From the NCBI GenBank assembly GCA_021432655.1, contig MU271302.1, positions 67,250 through 87,249 on the forward strand: 20,000 nucleotides of DNA, in the 5' to 3' direction. Under the pieces are notes generated by a model. That model ran no database searches, was not told the DNA's origin, and saw only the letters and a list, made by a program, of their open reading frames with translations. The stretch is from Atractiella rhizophila (lineage: Eukaryota). A program made the position numbers and the translations under genes. Each line of letters starts with the position of its first letter. Position 1 is the stretch's first letter. Shown here piece by piece: positions 19,184 through 20,000 of the stretch.

Positions 19184-20000
19184 TTATGAACTAAGGAAGT
19201 TGGACCAAACAAGGAGGGTTTGATAAGCAGTGGAAGAAAATGAGTTATCTCTATGAGCAATGAGAGAATCTAAGATTGAAGAGTTGGGGAAAGAAGGTAG
19301 AGGAACTGAGGAGAACTGGGAGAGATCCGTGAGAGGGCAGTCAACAGAAGAGAAGAAACCGAGAGATGCAATCAAACATTGAACATGGCCGCGAGAGAAA
19401 GGGAGACCGCAGGAGCAGGTTCGGCTGAATCCGAAGCGGCCAGCGCGCCACTTGATGGCCAGACGTCGTAGATTGATGTCGGGGATGAGGAGTACCCTGT
19501 CAACCAAAGACGCCGTCCTCTGAGCCGGTGAGACAAGGGAACCTAAGACACCAATGAGCTCGACTGAACTGAGGAGGCGGAGCCGTTCGCGGCGAAGGAA
19601 GGTCTGAAGGGAGAGAACGTAGCCGTTGCTAGCCTCCTCCTCTGCTTGCACGGTCAGAAAGCGAGCGTATAGCTCACAGGACTGAATGTGAGGAACAATG
19701 CAGAAGGTTGAAGGAGGAGCCGTCCAGGGAGAGATGACGAGAGGGAGGGCAGGATTGAAGCGAGAAAGGGAGCGGAGATGGGCAGTAAGACCTGCTCCGA
19801 GTTGACGAAAGCGTTCACAAGGCGGGAGTAAGCCTGTCATGGACGAGGCCAGTTTCCAACGGTCCTGTGAAACCCCTACAATCCAAGAGGCAGCCGATTT
19901 GAAGTGACGAGACGCCGCCAGCATTGCAGGTGATGAGGAGCGACGGCGCTCGTCGGCTAGAATCCAATAATGAAAAAGACCGCCGCCATAGTCTGAGATT
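19184..20000 (-). mobile_element. 3' part of a non-LTR retrotransposon (LINE-like) RT ORF with C-terminal CCHC finger; runs off right edge
   Basis: The frame is open from the window edge (ISDYGGGLFHYW, cf. the post-RT RPxxDYG motif) to the stop at 19184. RRLAIKWRAGRFGFSRTCSCGLPFSRGHVQC is a WRxG..CxCx7HxxC zinc knuckle typical of LINE ORF2 C-termini. The RT core itself is outside the window. Confidence 0.65.

Noticed and set aside
1..20000. CRISPR array, rRNA/tRNA genes or prokaryotic operon structure
   Set aside because: No regularly spaced short repeats or structured-RNA signatures were seen; spliceosomal introns and F-box genes indicate a eukaryote.

Overview
Eukaryotic DNA, probably fungal and basidiomycete-like (inferred from short 45-85 nt introns with CTRAC branch sites). 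The window is an accessory region built from about three diverged, head-to-tail copies of a composite unit with a period of roughly 6.5-8.5 kb. On the + strand each unit reads: orphan block C, a variable insert, an F-box/LRR-like gene (- strand), decayed upstream block U, decayed block B, and a degenerate 5' fragment of an Hsp104/ClpB disaggregase gene (+ strand). The F-box paralogues are: 5' end only at 1-104, a copy with one frameshift at 4864-6538, and an open 547-aa copy at 12932-14575. They are the only near-intact ORFs in the unit. Their differences concentrate at the predicted solvent-exposed LRR beta-strand positions while the spacer motifs are conserved. Unit-specific inserts are a possible hAT transposase relic (~3990-4720), an intron-containing frameshifted copy of a conserved RS-rich WGKYGII-motif gene (~7382-8455), and the 3' part of a non-LTR retrotransposon ORF (19184->20000). 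All alignments were done by eye; no searches were run.
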